Positions 9,135 through 17,908 of a stretch of 64,000 nucleotides of DNA are shown here, piece by piece. The notes under the pieces were generated by a model, which saw nothing but the letters and a program-made list of their open reading frames with translations, was not told the DNA's origin and made no database searches. Positions within the stretch are counted from its first letter, which is position 1. Every line of letters starts with the position of its first letter. The stretch is taken from positions 3,296,001-3,360,000 of the forward strand of contig OY970399.1 of assembly GCA_963720545.1 (NCBI GenBank), in the 5' to 3' direction. This DNA is from an uncultured Acidobacteriota bacterium (GTDB lineage Bacteria > Acidobacteriota > Vicinamibacteria > Fen-336). The position numbers and the translations under genes are program-made.

Positions 9135-9263
9135 ATGGCGCGCGATGACGAAGACGGGCCGGTGCCCCTGTTCGGCACCTGGCGGGCCATCTACACCGCC
9201 GTGATCGTGTCCGCGCTCACCGTGATGGCCCTGATCTTCGCTTTCTCGAAGTGGCCGTTCTGA
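9135..9263 (+). CDS. 42-aa single-TM small protein upstream of the sodium:solute symporter (not in ORF track)
   Basis: MARDDEDGPVPLFGTWRAIYTAVIVSALTVMALIFAFSKWPF; GC-rich third codon positions; stop 4 nt before the symporter GTG. Confidence 0.75.
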   Translation: MARDDEDGPVPLFGTWRAIYTAVIVSALTVMALIFAFSKWPF

Positions 9264-9267
9264 GCCG

Positions 9268-10950
9268 GTGACGACCCTCGACTGGGCCGTCCTCATCTTC
9301 TACCTGGTCGCGATCGTCGCCTTCGGCCTCTACGCGGGGCGCGGCAACCGCAAGCTCGAGGACTTCTTCCTCGCCGGCCGCTCCATGCGCTGGTGGGCGG
9401 TGGGTCTCTCGGTGATGGCGACGCAGATCAGCGCAATCACGTTCGTCGGCACCACCGGCCAGGCGTACACCGACGGCATGCGCTTCCTGGTCGTGTACTT
9501 CGGGCTGCCGTTCGCGATGGTCATCCTGTGCGTCACGCTGGTGCCGTTCTTCTACCGCTCGGGCGTCTTCACCGCCTACGAGTATCTCGAGCGCCGTTTC
9601 GACGCACGCACCCGCACCCTCACCAGCCTGCTGTTCCTGCTGTCGCGCGGACTCGCCGTCGGCGTCACCCTGTACGCGCCGTCGCTGGTGCTGGCCGTGA
9701 TCCTCGGCTGGGGCGAGCGCTCCACCATCCTCGTCATGGGCCTCACCACCATCGTCTACGTGCTCTACGGCGGCAACAAATCGGTGATCTGGACCGACGT
9801 GGTGCAGATGGCGATCATCTGGTTCGGCATCTTCGTCTGTCTCGGCGTCGCCATCGCCAACCTGCCGCAGGACATCTCGCTGCGCGACGGACTGGCGCTG
9901 GCGCAGGCCACAGGCCGCACCCGCATCATGGATCCGTCCACCAGCCTTTCCACCCCGTACACGCTGTGGGGCGGGCTCATCGGCGGCACTTTCCTGATGC
10001 TGTCCTATTTCGGCTGCGACCAGAGCCAGGTGCAGCGGTACCTGTCGGGCGCGAATCTGACGCAAAGCCGACTGTCACTGCTGTTCAACGCATTTCTCAA
10101 AGTGCCGATGCAGTTCATGATCCTGCTGACGGGCGTGCTGGTGTTCGTCTTCTACCACTTCCATCCGCCGCCGCTCCTCTGGAACTCGCGCGCCGAAACG
10201 GCGATCACGAGCAACATCCCGGCCGCTGAGCTGGGCGCTCTGCGCGGGCGCTTCGACGCTGCGTGGAGCAGCCGCGAGCAAGCCACCCGGGCCTACCTGA
10301 AGACACGCGACGCGTCGCACCTCGCCGAATACGAAGCCGCGAGTGGCGCTCTCACAAGGGTGCGGGTGGAGACGCTTGGGCACCTGCCGCCCGCAGAACG
10401 TGCGGCTTACAACGACACCAACTACATCTTCCCGACCTACATCGTGTCGCAGTTGCCGCGCGGCATCGCCGGCCTGGTCATCGCCGTGATCTTCGCCGCG
10501 GCGATGTCGACGCTGTCGGGCGAGCTCAGCTCGCTCGCCACCGCGAGCATGGTCGATTTCTACAAGCGCTTCCTGAAGCGCGACGGCAGCGACCGCGCCG
10601 ACATCCTGGTGTCGCGCATTCTGACGGCGTTCTGGGGGCTGTTCGCCTGCTGCATCGCGCTGCGCGCCGGACAGCTCGGCTCCGCGATCGAGGTGGTGAA
10701 CCGCTTCGGCTCGTACTTCTACGGCTCCATCCTCGGCGTCTTCGGTCTCGCGGTGCTGACGCGCTGGGCGACGGCGCGCGGCGCCTTCTATGGCCTGCTC
10801 GCCGGCATGGCATCGGTCGCCGCGGTGGCGAACCTCACGCGCGTGCACTTCCTCTGGTACAACGTCGTCGGCGCCCTGGTGGTGTTCGCGGTGGGCGCCG
10901 TCATCAGCGCGGCGGACAACACGCCGTCGCCCACGGCGCGCGCCGCATAG
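9268..10950 (+). CDS. Sodium:solute symporter (SSS) family protein
   Basis: FFLAGRSMRWWAVGLSVMATQISAITF, YEYLERRF, VIWTDVVQ, DQSQVQRYL, AAAMSTLS; many TM helices. Confidence 0.92.
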   Translation: MTTLDWAVLIFYLVAIVAFGLYAGRGNRKLEDFFLAGRSMRWWAVGLSVMATQISAITFVGTTGQAYTDGMRFLVVYFGLPFAMVILCVTLVPFFYRSGVFTAYEYLERRFDARTRTLTSLLFLLSRGLAVGVTLYAPSLVLAVILGWGERSTILVMGLTTIVYVLYGGNKSVIWTDVVQMAIIWFGIFVCLGVAIANLPQDISLRDGLALAQATGRTRIMDPSTSLSTPYTLWGGLIGGTFLMLSYFGCDQSQVQRYLSGANLTQSRLSLLFNAFLKVPMQFMILLTGVLVFVFYHFHPPPLLWNSRAETAITSNIPAAELGALRGRFDAAWSSREQATRAYLKTRDASHLAEYEAASGALTRVRVETLGHLPPAERAAYNDTNYIFPTYIVSQLPRGIAGLVIAVIFAAAMSTLSGELSSLATASMVDFYKRFLKRDGSDRADILVSRILTAFWGLFACCIALRAGQLGSAIEVVNRFGSYFYGSILGVFGLAVLTRWATARGAFYGLLAGMASVAAVANLTRVHFLWYNVVGALVVFAVGAVISAADNTPSPTARAA

Positions 10951-10963
10951 GTCTGGCAGCGGC

Positions 10964-12316
10964 ATGCCCTCAACCGCATTCGACTCGTTCTACCTGAAAG
11001 ACCGCTTTGGCTCGAAGGCGATGCGCGCCGTCTGGAGCGACCGCGCCATGATCCAGGCGTGGCTCGACGTTGAGGCCGGGCTCGCAACCGTCGAAGGCCG
11101 GCTGGGAGTGATCCCGAAGAAGGCGGCACGGGAGATCGCCCGCGCCGCGCGCGTCGCAAACATCGACCTGCGCGCTATGCGCCGCGAGTTCGACCGCACC
11201 TGGAACCCGGTGGTGCCGCTGGTCGATGCCCTGTGCGCGCGCGTCAGCGTGGAGGCGGCGGGCTACATCCACTGGGGCGCCACCAGCAAGAACATCTTCG
11301 ACAGCGGCACCGCGCTGCAGATCAAGGCGACGTACGCGGTGGTGTTCGCCGACCTCGAGCGCGTCATGGCGGCGCTGGCGCGGCTGGCACGCAAGCACCG
11401 CGGCACGGTGATGGCGGGGCGCACCCATGGCCAGCACGCGCTGCCCATCACCTTCGGCTACAAGGCGGCAGTCTGGCTCGACGAGCTGCTGCGCCAGCGC
11501 GAGCGCCTCGAGGCATCGCGGCCGCGGGTGCTGGTGGGGGAGCTGGGCGGCGCCGTCGGCACGCACGCGGCGCTCGGCCCCGTCGGGCTGCGCGTGCAGG
11601 CCGCGCTGATGAAGGAGCTTGGCCTCGGCGTGCCACGGGTGCCGACCAAGACCGCCGGCGACCGCTTCGCCGAGTTCTTCATGCTGCTGCTGATGCTGTC
11701 GGCGTCGCTCGGCAAGATCGCGCAGAACATCTACAACCTGCAGCAGACCGACATCGACGAAGTGACGGAATCCCCGGCCGGCAAGGTCGGCAGCTCGGCG
11801 ATGCCGCACAAGCAGAACCCGGTGGTCTCCGGCTCCATCGTGTTCCTCGGCCGCCTGGCCCGCGCCCGCGCGGGCTCGGTGCTCGACTACATCCACGCCG
11901 AGTGGGAGGACGACCACCGCCAGGGCGAAACCGCCTGGTCGTTCGCACCCGAGATCAGCTTACTGGTCGGCGCGCAGCTGGAACTGACGAAGACGCTGCT
12001 GTCGACACTCGTCGTCAAGCCGAAGAACATGCTGCGCAACCTCGACCGCGCCGGCGGCGGCGTCGCCTCGGAAGCGGTGATGATGGCGCTCGCCGAAGCG
12101 ATGGGGCGCGAGCGGGCGCACGCGCATGTGCTGGCGCTGTCGCGCACGGCGGCCAGCGCGGGCGAGCCGTTCCGTGCGGTGGCCGCGGCAGACCCGCTGG
12201 TGAAGAAACACATAGGAGCGCGGCGGCTGGCCGCGCTCCTCGACTACCGGCGCTCCCTGGGACTAGCCGAGCGCTTTGTCTCGGATGTGCTCGCCGCGTT
12301 TGCGGCGAAGCGTTAA
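10964..12316 (+). CDS. Adenylosuccinate lyase / 3-carboxy-cis,cis-muconate cycloisomerase family (fumarase superfamily)
   Basis: HWGATS, MAGRTHGQHALPITFGYK, signature GSSAMPHKQNP. Confidence 0.85.
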   Translation: MPSTAFDSFYLKDRFGSKAMRAVWSDRAMIQAWLDVEAGLATVEGRLGVIPKKAAREIARAARVANIDLRAMRREFDRTWNPVVPLVDALCARVSVEAAGYIHWGATSKNIFDSGTALQIKATYAVVFADLERVMAALARLARKHRGTVMAGRTHGQHALPITFGYKAAVWLDELLRQRERLEASRPRVLVGELGGAVGTHAALGPVGLRVQAALMKELGLGVPRVPTKTAGDRFAEFFMLLLMLSASLGKIAQNIYNLQQTDIDEVTESPAGKVGSSAMPHKQNPVVSGSIVFLGRLARARAGSVLDYIHAEWEDDHRQGETAWSFAPEISLLVGAQLELTKTLLSTLVVKPKNMLRNLDRAGGGVASEAVMMALAEAMGRERAHAHVLALSRTAASAGEPFRAVAAADPLVKKHIGARRLAALLDYRRSLGLAERFVSDVLAAFAAKR

Positions 12317-13386
12317 TTCTTCGCGCCTTCGGCCGCCAGGAGCGCCTTCTTGCGCGCCACGCCCCAGCGGTAGCCGGTGAGCGAGCCGTCCTTGCCGACG
12401 ACACGGTGGCAGGGAATGGCGATCGCCACCGGGTTGGTGGCACAGGCACGCGCCACGGCGCGCACCGCCGAGGGCCGGCCGATCTGGCGGGCGATGTCGG
12501 AGTAGGAGCGGGTCTCGCCGGCGGGGATGCGCCGCAGCTCCTGCAGCACCTGCCATTCGAACGCGGTCGCCTGGATGTCGAGCGGCAGCTCCTTGTGCGG
12601 CGCGCGGCCGGCGGCGAGCGCCACCACCGCGCGGGTCCACTCGGCCGCCGGCCCCGGCTTCGCCTCGATCTCGGCGTTCGGATACTCCGCGCGCAGCGAC
12701 GCCACCAGGTCGCGGTCGTTCCTGCCGACGCAGACGGCGGACACGCCGCGCGCGGTGGCCGCCACCAGCACGCGGCCGAGCGGCGAGTCGGCGATGGCGT
12801 AGGAGAGCTTCATGCCGGCGCCGCCCTCGCCGTAGGCGCTCGGCGTCATTCCCAGGTGCGACGGCGTTCGCTCGTAAACACGGCTGCTCGAGCCATAGCC
12901 CACGGCATAGGTTGCTTCGGTCACGGGATCCCCCTTCTTGAGGCGCTCTTTGAGCGCGCCGAAACGGCGCGCGTCCGCGTATTCGCGCGGCGTGATCCCG
13001 ACGATGCGCCGGAAGGTGCGATGGAAGTGGTGCTGGCTGAGCCCGGCCACGGCGCTCAATTCCTGGAGGGACGGGCTCTCCTCGGAATGCGCGTCGATGT
13101 GGCGGCAGACCTGGCGCATGCGTTCCACGGCCGGATCGGGCGAGGCGAGCCCGCCCGGCCGGCAGCGGCGGCAGGAGCGGAAGCCCGCGGCTTCCGCCGC
13201 CTCGGGCACCGCGTAGAAGCTGACGTTGCGGCGCAGCGGCCGGCGCGCCGGGCACGAGGGCCGGCAATAGACCCCCGTGGTGCGCACGGCGAACACGAAC
13301 GAACCGTCGGCTTCCCGGCTGCGGCTTGCAACGGCCCGCCACCGGCTGCTCTCGTCTTCTTCCTTCCAGGGCATCATCGAGATCAT
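12313..13386 (-). CDS. ada: Bifunctional transcriptional regulator / O6-methylguanine-DNA methyltransferase Ada
   Basis: Zn domain TGVYCRPSC..CRRC, AraC-type HTH, active site PCHRV. Confidence 0.95.
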   Translation of the reverse strand: MISMMPWKEEDESSRWRAVASRSREADGSFVFAVRTTGVYCRPSCPARRPLRRNVSFYAVPEAAEAAGFRSCRRCRPGGLASPDPAVERMRQVCRHIDAHSEESPSLQELSAVAGLSQHHFHRTFRRIVGITPREYADARRFGALKERLKKGDPVTEATYAVGYGSSSRVYERTPSHLGMTPSAYGEGGAGMKLSYAIADSPLGRVLVAATARGVSAVCVGRNDRDLVASLRAEYPNAEIEAKPGPAAEWTRAVVALAAGRAPHKELPLDIQATAFEWQVLQELRRIPAGETRSYSDIARQIGRPSAVRAVARACATNPVAIAIPCHRVVGKDGSLTGYRWGVARKKALLAAEGAKN

Positions 13387-13429
13387 GCCCTGAAAGTACG
13401 CCAGCACGGGACCGATCACACTCCGCCGC

Positions 13430-13442
13430 TTGCGGTCGAAGT
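13430..13442 (-). promoter_or_regulatory. Putative Ada box
   Basis: Minus strand ACT-N6-GCAA (E. coli consensus AAT-N6-GCAA), upstream of a TACTTT -10 at 13393-13398. Confidence 0.45.
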
Positions 13443-13466
13443 CGCGGCGGTGAAATAACATCGGCC

Positions 13467-14861
13467 ATGACCTCGCTGCGCCACCGCTCTTTCTGGCTCC
13501 AGCAGACGATGGGCGACGCGCCTGATGCCGAACCGCTGCGCGGCGAGGCGCGGGCCGACATCGCCATTTTGGGTGGCGGCTATGTCGGGCTGTGGACGGC
13601 CATCCGCATCAAGGAACAAAGCCCGGGCGCCGACGTGGTGGTGCTCGAGCAGGACATCTGCGGCGGCGGCGCCTCGGGACGAAACGGCGGCTTCGTACTG
13701 AGCTGGTGGCCGAAGCTCAGCTCGCTCGCGAGGCAGTTCGGCGACGCGACGGCAGTCGGCATTGCCCGCGGCTCGGAACGGGCGATCGCCGATCTCGGCG
13801 ACTTCTGCGAGCGGCATGCGCCAGGCGCCGACTTCCGCCGCGGCGGCTGGCTGTGGACCGCCACCTGCCCGGCGCACCTCGGCGCGTGGGACAGCGTGCT
13901 CGCCGTCTGCGAGCGTGCCGGCAGCGACGCGTTCGTGCGCCTCTCGCCGGAGGAGGCGGCACGGCGCGCCGGTTCGCCGCAGCACCTCGGCGGCGTCTTC
14001 GACCGCAGCGCCGCCATCGTCCATCCGGCGCGGCTCGCGCGCGGGCTGCGGCGCGCGGCGCTGGCGATCGGCGTGCGCATCCACGAGCACACGCGCGTGC
14101 GCGGTTTCGACCGCGGCCGGCCGGTGGTACTGCGCACCGACAGCACAACGCTGAGCGCCGACACGTTGGTGATCGCGACCAATGCCTGGGCGGCGTCGCT
14201 GCGCGAGCTGCGGAATGCCGTGGTGGTGGTGTCGAGCGACATGATCGCGACCGCGCCGATCCCCGAGCGCTTGCGCGAGATCGGCTGGCACCGCGACCTG
14301 TCGATCACCGACTCGCAGACCATGGTGGACTACTACCGCATCACCGCCGACGACCGCGTGGCGTTCGGCAAGGGCGGCTGGACCCTCGCGCTCGGCGGCC
14401 GCATCGGCGCGAAGTTCGACCAGCACCCCGGCCGCACCACGGAAGTCACCGCCGATTTCCACCGCAACTACCCGAGCCTGCGCGACGTGCCCATAACGCA
14501 TGCGTGGTCGGGACCGATCGACCGCCCGCCCGACGGCCTGCCGCTCATCGGCCGTCTCGGCGGCTGCGACAACATCTTTTATGGCATCGGCTGGAGCGGC
14601 AACGGTGTCGGCCCCAGCGTCGTTGGCGGCCGCATCCTCGCGAGCCTGGCGCTGCGTCAAAAGGACGAATGGAGCCTGCATCCGCTGGTCGAGCGGCGCG
14701 TGGCGCGCTTTCCGCCCGAGCCGATACGCTTCATCGGCGGCCACTTCGTGCGCTGGGCGGTCGCCGCGAAGGAGGGCGCCGAGCTGCGCGGCCAAAAACC
14801 CGGCGCGGTCGCGAAACTGCTGTCGCGACTCGCCCCGGACGGCCTGGAAGACAAGCACTAG
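13467..14861 (+). CDS. FAD-dependent oxidoreductase (DAO/PuuB-like)
   Basis: DIAILGGGYVGL, GASGRNGG, VHPARLARGL, AWSGPID, GWSGNGVG. Confidence 0.88.
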   Translation: MTSLRHRSFWLQQTMGDAPDAEPLRGEARADIAILGGGYVGLWTAIRIKEQSPGADVVVLEQDICGGGASGRNGGFVLSWWPKLSSLARQFGDATAVGIARGSERAIADLGDFCERHAPGADFRRGGWLWTATCPAHLGAWDSVLAVCERAGSDAFVRLSPEEAARRAGSPQHLGGVFDRSAAIVHPARLARGLRRAALAIGVRIHEHTRVRGFDRGRPVVLRTDSTTLSADTLVIATNAWAASLRELRNAVVVVSSDMIATAPIPERLREIGWHRDLSITDSQTMVDYYRITADDRVAFGKGGWTLALGGRIGAKFDQHPGRTTEVTADFHRNYPSLRDVPITHAWSGPIDRPPDGLPLIGRLGGCDNIFYGIGWSGNGVGPSVVGGRILASLALRQKDEWSLHPLVERRVARFPPEPIRFIGGHFVRWAVAAKEGAELRGQKPGAVAKLLSRLAPDGLEDKH

Positions 14862-14911
14862 TCCCGGTTCTCCCGAGCGAGTGCGATTCAGCGCTCCAGG
14901 ACAACGCCTGG

Positions 14912-17812
14912 TTAGAAACTGATCTTGGCGCCTGCCTGCAGCTGGCGCTGCTGGTAGCCGGCGGTGCCCGGGAAGTTGAGGGGGTTGACCGGGTTGCCGA
15001 GCGGGTTCACCACCACCGTGCGGTTCACCGCGGCGACGTTCTTGGTGTTGAGGATGTTCTTGCCCTCGATGAACAGCTCGAAGCGAGTGTGCTCGTTGAC
15101 GTTCACGAAGCGCGAGTAGCGGGCGTCCACGTTCCACACGCGGCCGAGGCGGCCGCCGTTGCGCTCGATGCCCAGCGGCCGGTCATTCAGGACGCCGTCG
15201 CCGTTGAGGTCGGTGTTCGCGAGGATGTTGAACGGCAGCCCGCTGTTCGCCTGCAGGATGAAGCCCAGCTGGTTGTTGTCGAGGATGCGGTTCACCAGCC
15301 CGCCACCGCTGACGCGCGGCGCCAGCACGCTCGACAGCACGAACGTGTGCGTCTGGTTGAAGGGCACGACGCCGCGGTCGCGGTCGATGTTCGACGGGTC
15401 GGAGAGCCGGTCGTCGCCGCTGCCGACCGCGTAGGTGCCGGTGAGCGGGGCGTTGTCGGTGCCCTTCGCGTACGTGTAGACCGCCTGCATCTGTACGCCG
15501 TGGCTCATGCGCTTGTTGAGCGTGGCGGTCAGCGCGTTGTAGTTGGCGCGGCCGATGGAGCGGAACGTGTCGACGTGGTTGAAGGTCGGATCGACGCGGG
15601 TGGCCGCGGACACGGTGCCCGAATAGAGCGGCCGGCCGTCGCCGAGCGTGGGGCCGGTGGGCACCAGGTTGGTGTCGATCAGCACCGGCAGGTTGCGGCC
15701 CAGCGAGTTGACGTAGCCGATGGCGAACGACAGATCGTCGCTGAGCGCGCGTTCCAGCTGGATGTTGGTGAGCACGCTCCACTGCGTCTTGAAGTTGGAG
15801 TCGATGGCGACGATGCTCTGCACCGGCCGCGCGAACCCGGGCGGCAGCGACGACAGGTCGCCGGGGAACCCGGGAGCGCCGGCGGCCGTGGGGCTGAGGC
15901 TCACCGCGAGGAAGCGCGGGTCGCCGTTGCGCTGGATCGCATCTTCATAGAAATTCAGCAGCGGCGGCTCGTACATGATGCCGCTCGAGCCGCGCAGCAC
16001 CGTCTTGCCGGCCCGGTCGAGGGTCCAGGCGAAGCCCGCGCGCGGCGCGAAGTTGCTCTTGTCGACCGTGAACTTCTGCGAGCGCGGGTTGGCGGCGAAC
16101 GGGCGTGAATCGGGAATGTCGAACAGGTCGTAGCGCACGCCGAAGAGCAGCTTGAAGTTGGGTGTGAAGCGGATGTCGTCCTGCAGGAAGAAGCCCATGA
16201 AGCGCGAGTTGTAGTCGACCGCCGGGTCGCCGACGTCCTGGGTGAAGGTGGTGTAGCCGAGCGGGTTGCTGCCGTTCTTCGCGGCGAGATAGGCTGCGAC
16301 GTTGGCGAACGTGTAGATCTCGCGCAGCGTATTGAGGCGCTCGTCGTCGATCATCTGCACGTCGAAGCCGGCCTTGAAGCTGTGCGCTCCGGCGATCCAC
16401 GAGAAGTTGTCGACCACCTGGAAGATCTTCTGGTTGAAATCGAAGCCGGCCGACTGGCTGCCGTCGAGCGGCTGGCCGAAGGCGGCGATGCCGCTCACCA
16501 GCACCGCCGGCCCAGAGGTGGGCGCCGACTCGCTGAGCGTGCGGAACTGGTGGCGCTTCGCGTACTGCACGCGCAGCTCGTTGAGGCGGGTGCCGCCGAA
16601 CGACGACACCAGCTGCAGTGAAGCCGAGCCCATCTGGTCGTTGAAGTCGGTGGCGCGCTCGGCGGTGTTGATGCCGCCGCCGATGTTGAAGGGCGAGGTG
16701 TTCTTGAAGAAGTAGTAGCGCGCGCTGAGCCGGTGCTCGGGCGACAGCTCGGCGTCGATCTTGCCAAGTGCGAAGTGCACGTTCTGCTTGGTCGGGATGA
16801 CGCCGCCGTCGGGAATGGCGGCGGCCGACAGCCCCAGAATCGAGGCGTTCTGCACCGCCGAAGACTGGATCACCTTGCTCGCGTCGCGCAGGTCCTGGTC
16901 CACGTACTCGTAGCCGACGTAGAAGTGCACCCGGTCCTTGACGAGCGGTCCGCCGAGGGTGGCGGTGTAGTCCTTGAGGTTGTTGTCGGGCTTGGGCGCC
17001 GCCGGGTTCAGGAAGAACGGCCGCTCGGTCATGCCCGCGGTGCGCTTGCGATAGCCGAGCGAGCCGCGGAAGTTGTTGGTGCCGGACGGCGTGATGGCGT
17101 TGAACACCATGCCGGTCGTCTGGCCGAACTCCGGCGCGAAGCCGCTGGTGATGACCTTGACTTCCTGCACCATGATCTCGGATGAGGGCACGAGCCGCAG
17201 GCCGGCGCGGTCCTTCTGCGTGTTGGTGTTGCCGTCGATCTGGTAGTTGGTGTGCATCTGCGAACCGTTGGCGTTGACGCGCGCCACGCCGAACTCCTGG
17301 TTCTCGTAGCCGGTGACGTTCGCCTGCAGGAACGCGAAGTTGTACGGGTTGCGCGAGACCAGCGGCAGGTTCTTGACCTCGGCGTTGCTGATGGTGCGGC
17401 CGAGGTCGATCTTGCCGGGGTCGGCGATCGGCACGTCGCTGGTCACCGAAACCACTTCCTCGACGCCGCCCACCTCGAGCGTCACGTTGATGACCGCGGT
17501 GCGGCCCGCCACCAGAGTGATGCCGGTGCGTTCGGCCGACTTGAAGCCGGTGAGTTCCGCCTTTACGCGGTAGCTGCCGAGCGGCAGCAGCTGGAAGCGG
17601 TAGAGGCCGTCGGCGGCGGTGCGCGTCTCGCTCACGAGGCCGGTATCGAGGTTCGTCGCGGTCACCGCGACTCCGGGCACGGCGCCGCCCTGGCCGTCTT
17701 CGATGGTGCCTTCGATCGAGCCGTTGATCGCGTTCGATTGGGCAAGGGCCGCGGCGGGGAGCGCGAGTGCAACTGCAACGGCGAGCGCGAGAACAAAGCG
17801 GCGGACCAACAT
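14912..17812 (-). CDS. TonB-dependent receptor, Oar-like, with N-terminal carboxypeptidase-regulatory-like domain
   Basis: Signal peptide; GSIEGTIED..GAVPGV..GLYRF..LPLGSY; plug region NLPLVSRN, IDG, FAPEFG; barrel NFAPRAGFAW; terminal Phe. Confidence 0.92.
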   Translation of the reverse strand: MLVRRFVLALAVAVALALPAAALAQSNAINGSIEGTIEDGQGGAVPGVAVTATNLDTGLVSETRTAADGLYRFQLLPLGSYRVKAELTGFKSAERTGITLVAGRTAVINVTLEVGGVEEVVSVTSDVPIADPGKIDLGRTISNAEVKNLPLVSRNPYNFAFLQANVTGYENQEFGVARVNANGSQMHTNYQIDGNTNTQKDRAGLRLVPSSEIMVQEVKVITSGFAPEFGQTTGMVFNAITPSGTNNFRGSLGYRKRTAGMTERPFFLNPAAPKPDNNLKDYTATLGGPLVKDRVHFYVGYEYVDQDLRDASKVIQSSAVQNASILGLSAAAIPDGGVIPTKQNVHFALGKIDAELSPEHRLSARYYFFKNTSPFNIGGGINTAERATDFNDQMGSASLQLVSSFGGTRLNELRVQYAKRHQFRTLSESAPTSGPAVLVSGIAAFGQPLDGSQSAGFDFNQKIFQVVDNFSWIAGAHSFKAGFDVQMIDDERLNTLREIYTFANVAAYLAAKNGSNPLGYTTFTQDVGDPAVDYNSRFMGFFLQDDIRFTPNFKLLFGVRYDLFDIPDSRPFAANPRSQKFTVDKSNFAPRAGFAWTLDRAGKTVLRGSSGIMYEPPLLNFYEDAIQRNGDPRFLAVSLSPTAAGAPGFPGDLSSLPPGFARPVQSIVAIDSNFKTQWSVLTNIQLERALSDDLSFAIGYVNSLGRNLPVLIDTNLVPTGPTLGDGRPLYSGTVSAATRVDPTFNHVDTFRSIGRANYNALTATLNKRMSHGVQMQAVYTYAKGTDNAPLTGTYAVGSGDDRLSDPSNIDRDRGVVPFNQTHTFVLSSVLAPRVSGGGLVNRILDNNQLGFILQANSGLPFNILANTDLNGDGVLNDRPLGIERNGGRLGRVWNVDARYSRFVNVNEHTRFELFIEGKNILNTKNVAAVNRTVVVNPLGNPVNPLNFPGTAGYQQRQLQAGAKISF

Positions 17813-17908
17813 GAGGAGGGCCTCCTAAAGGAAGACTTTCGAGTATAGCCAAGGTACGATCCTGCGTCTTTTTCGTTTCACGAAAACGCAAGGAAGGGAT
17901 CCCGAAAA

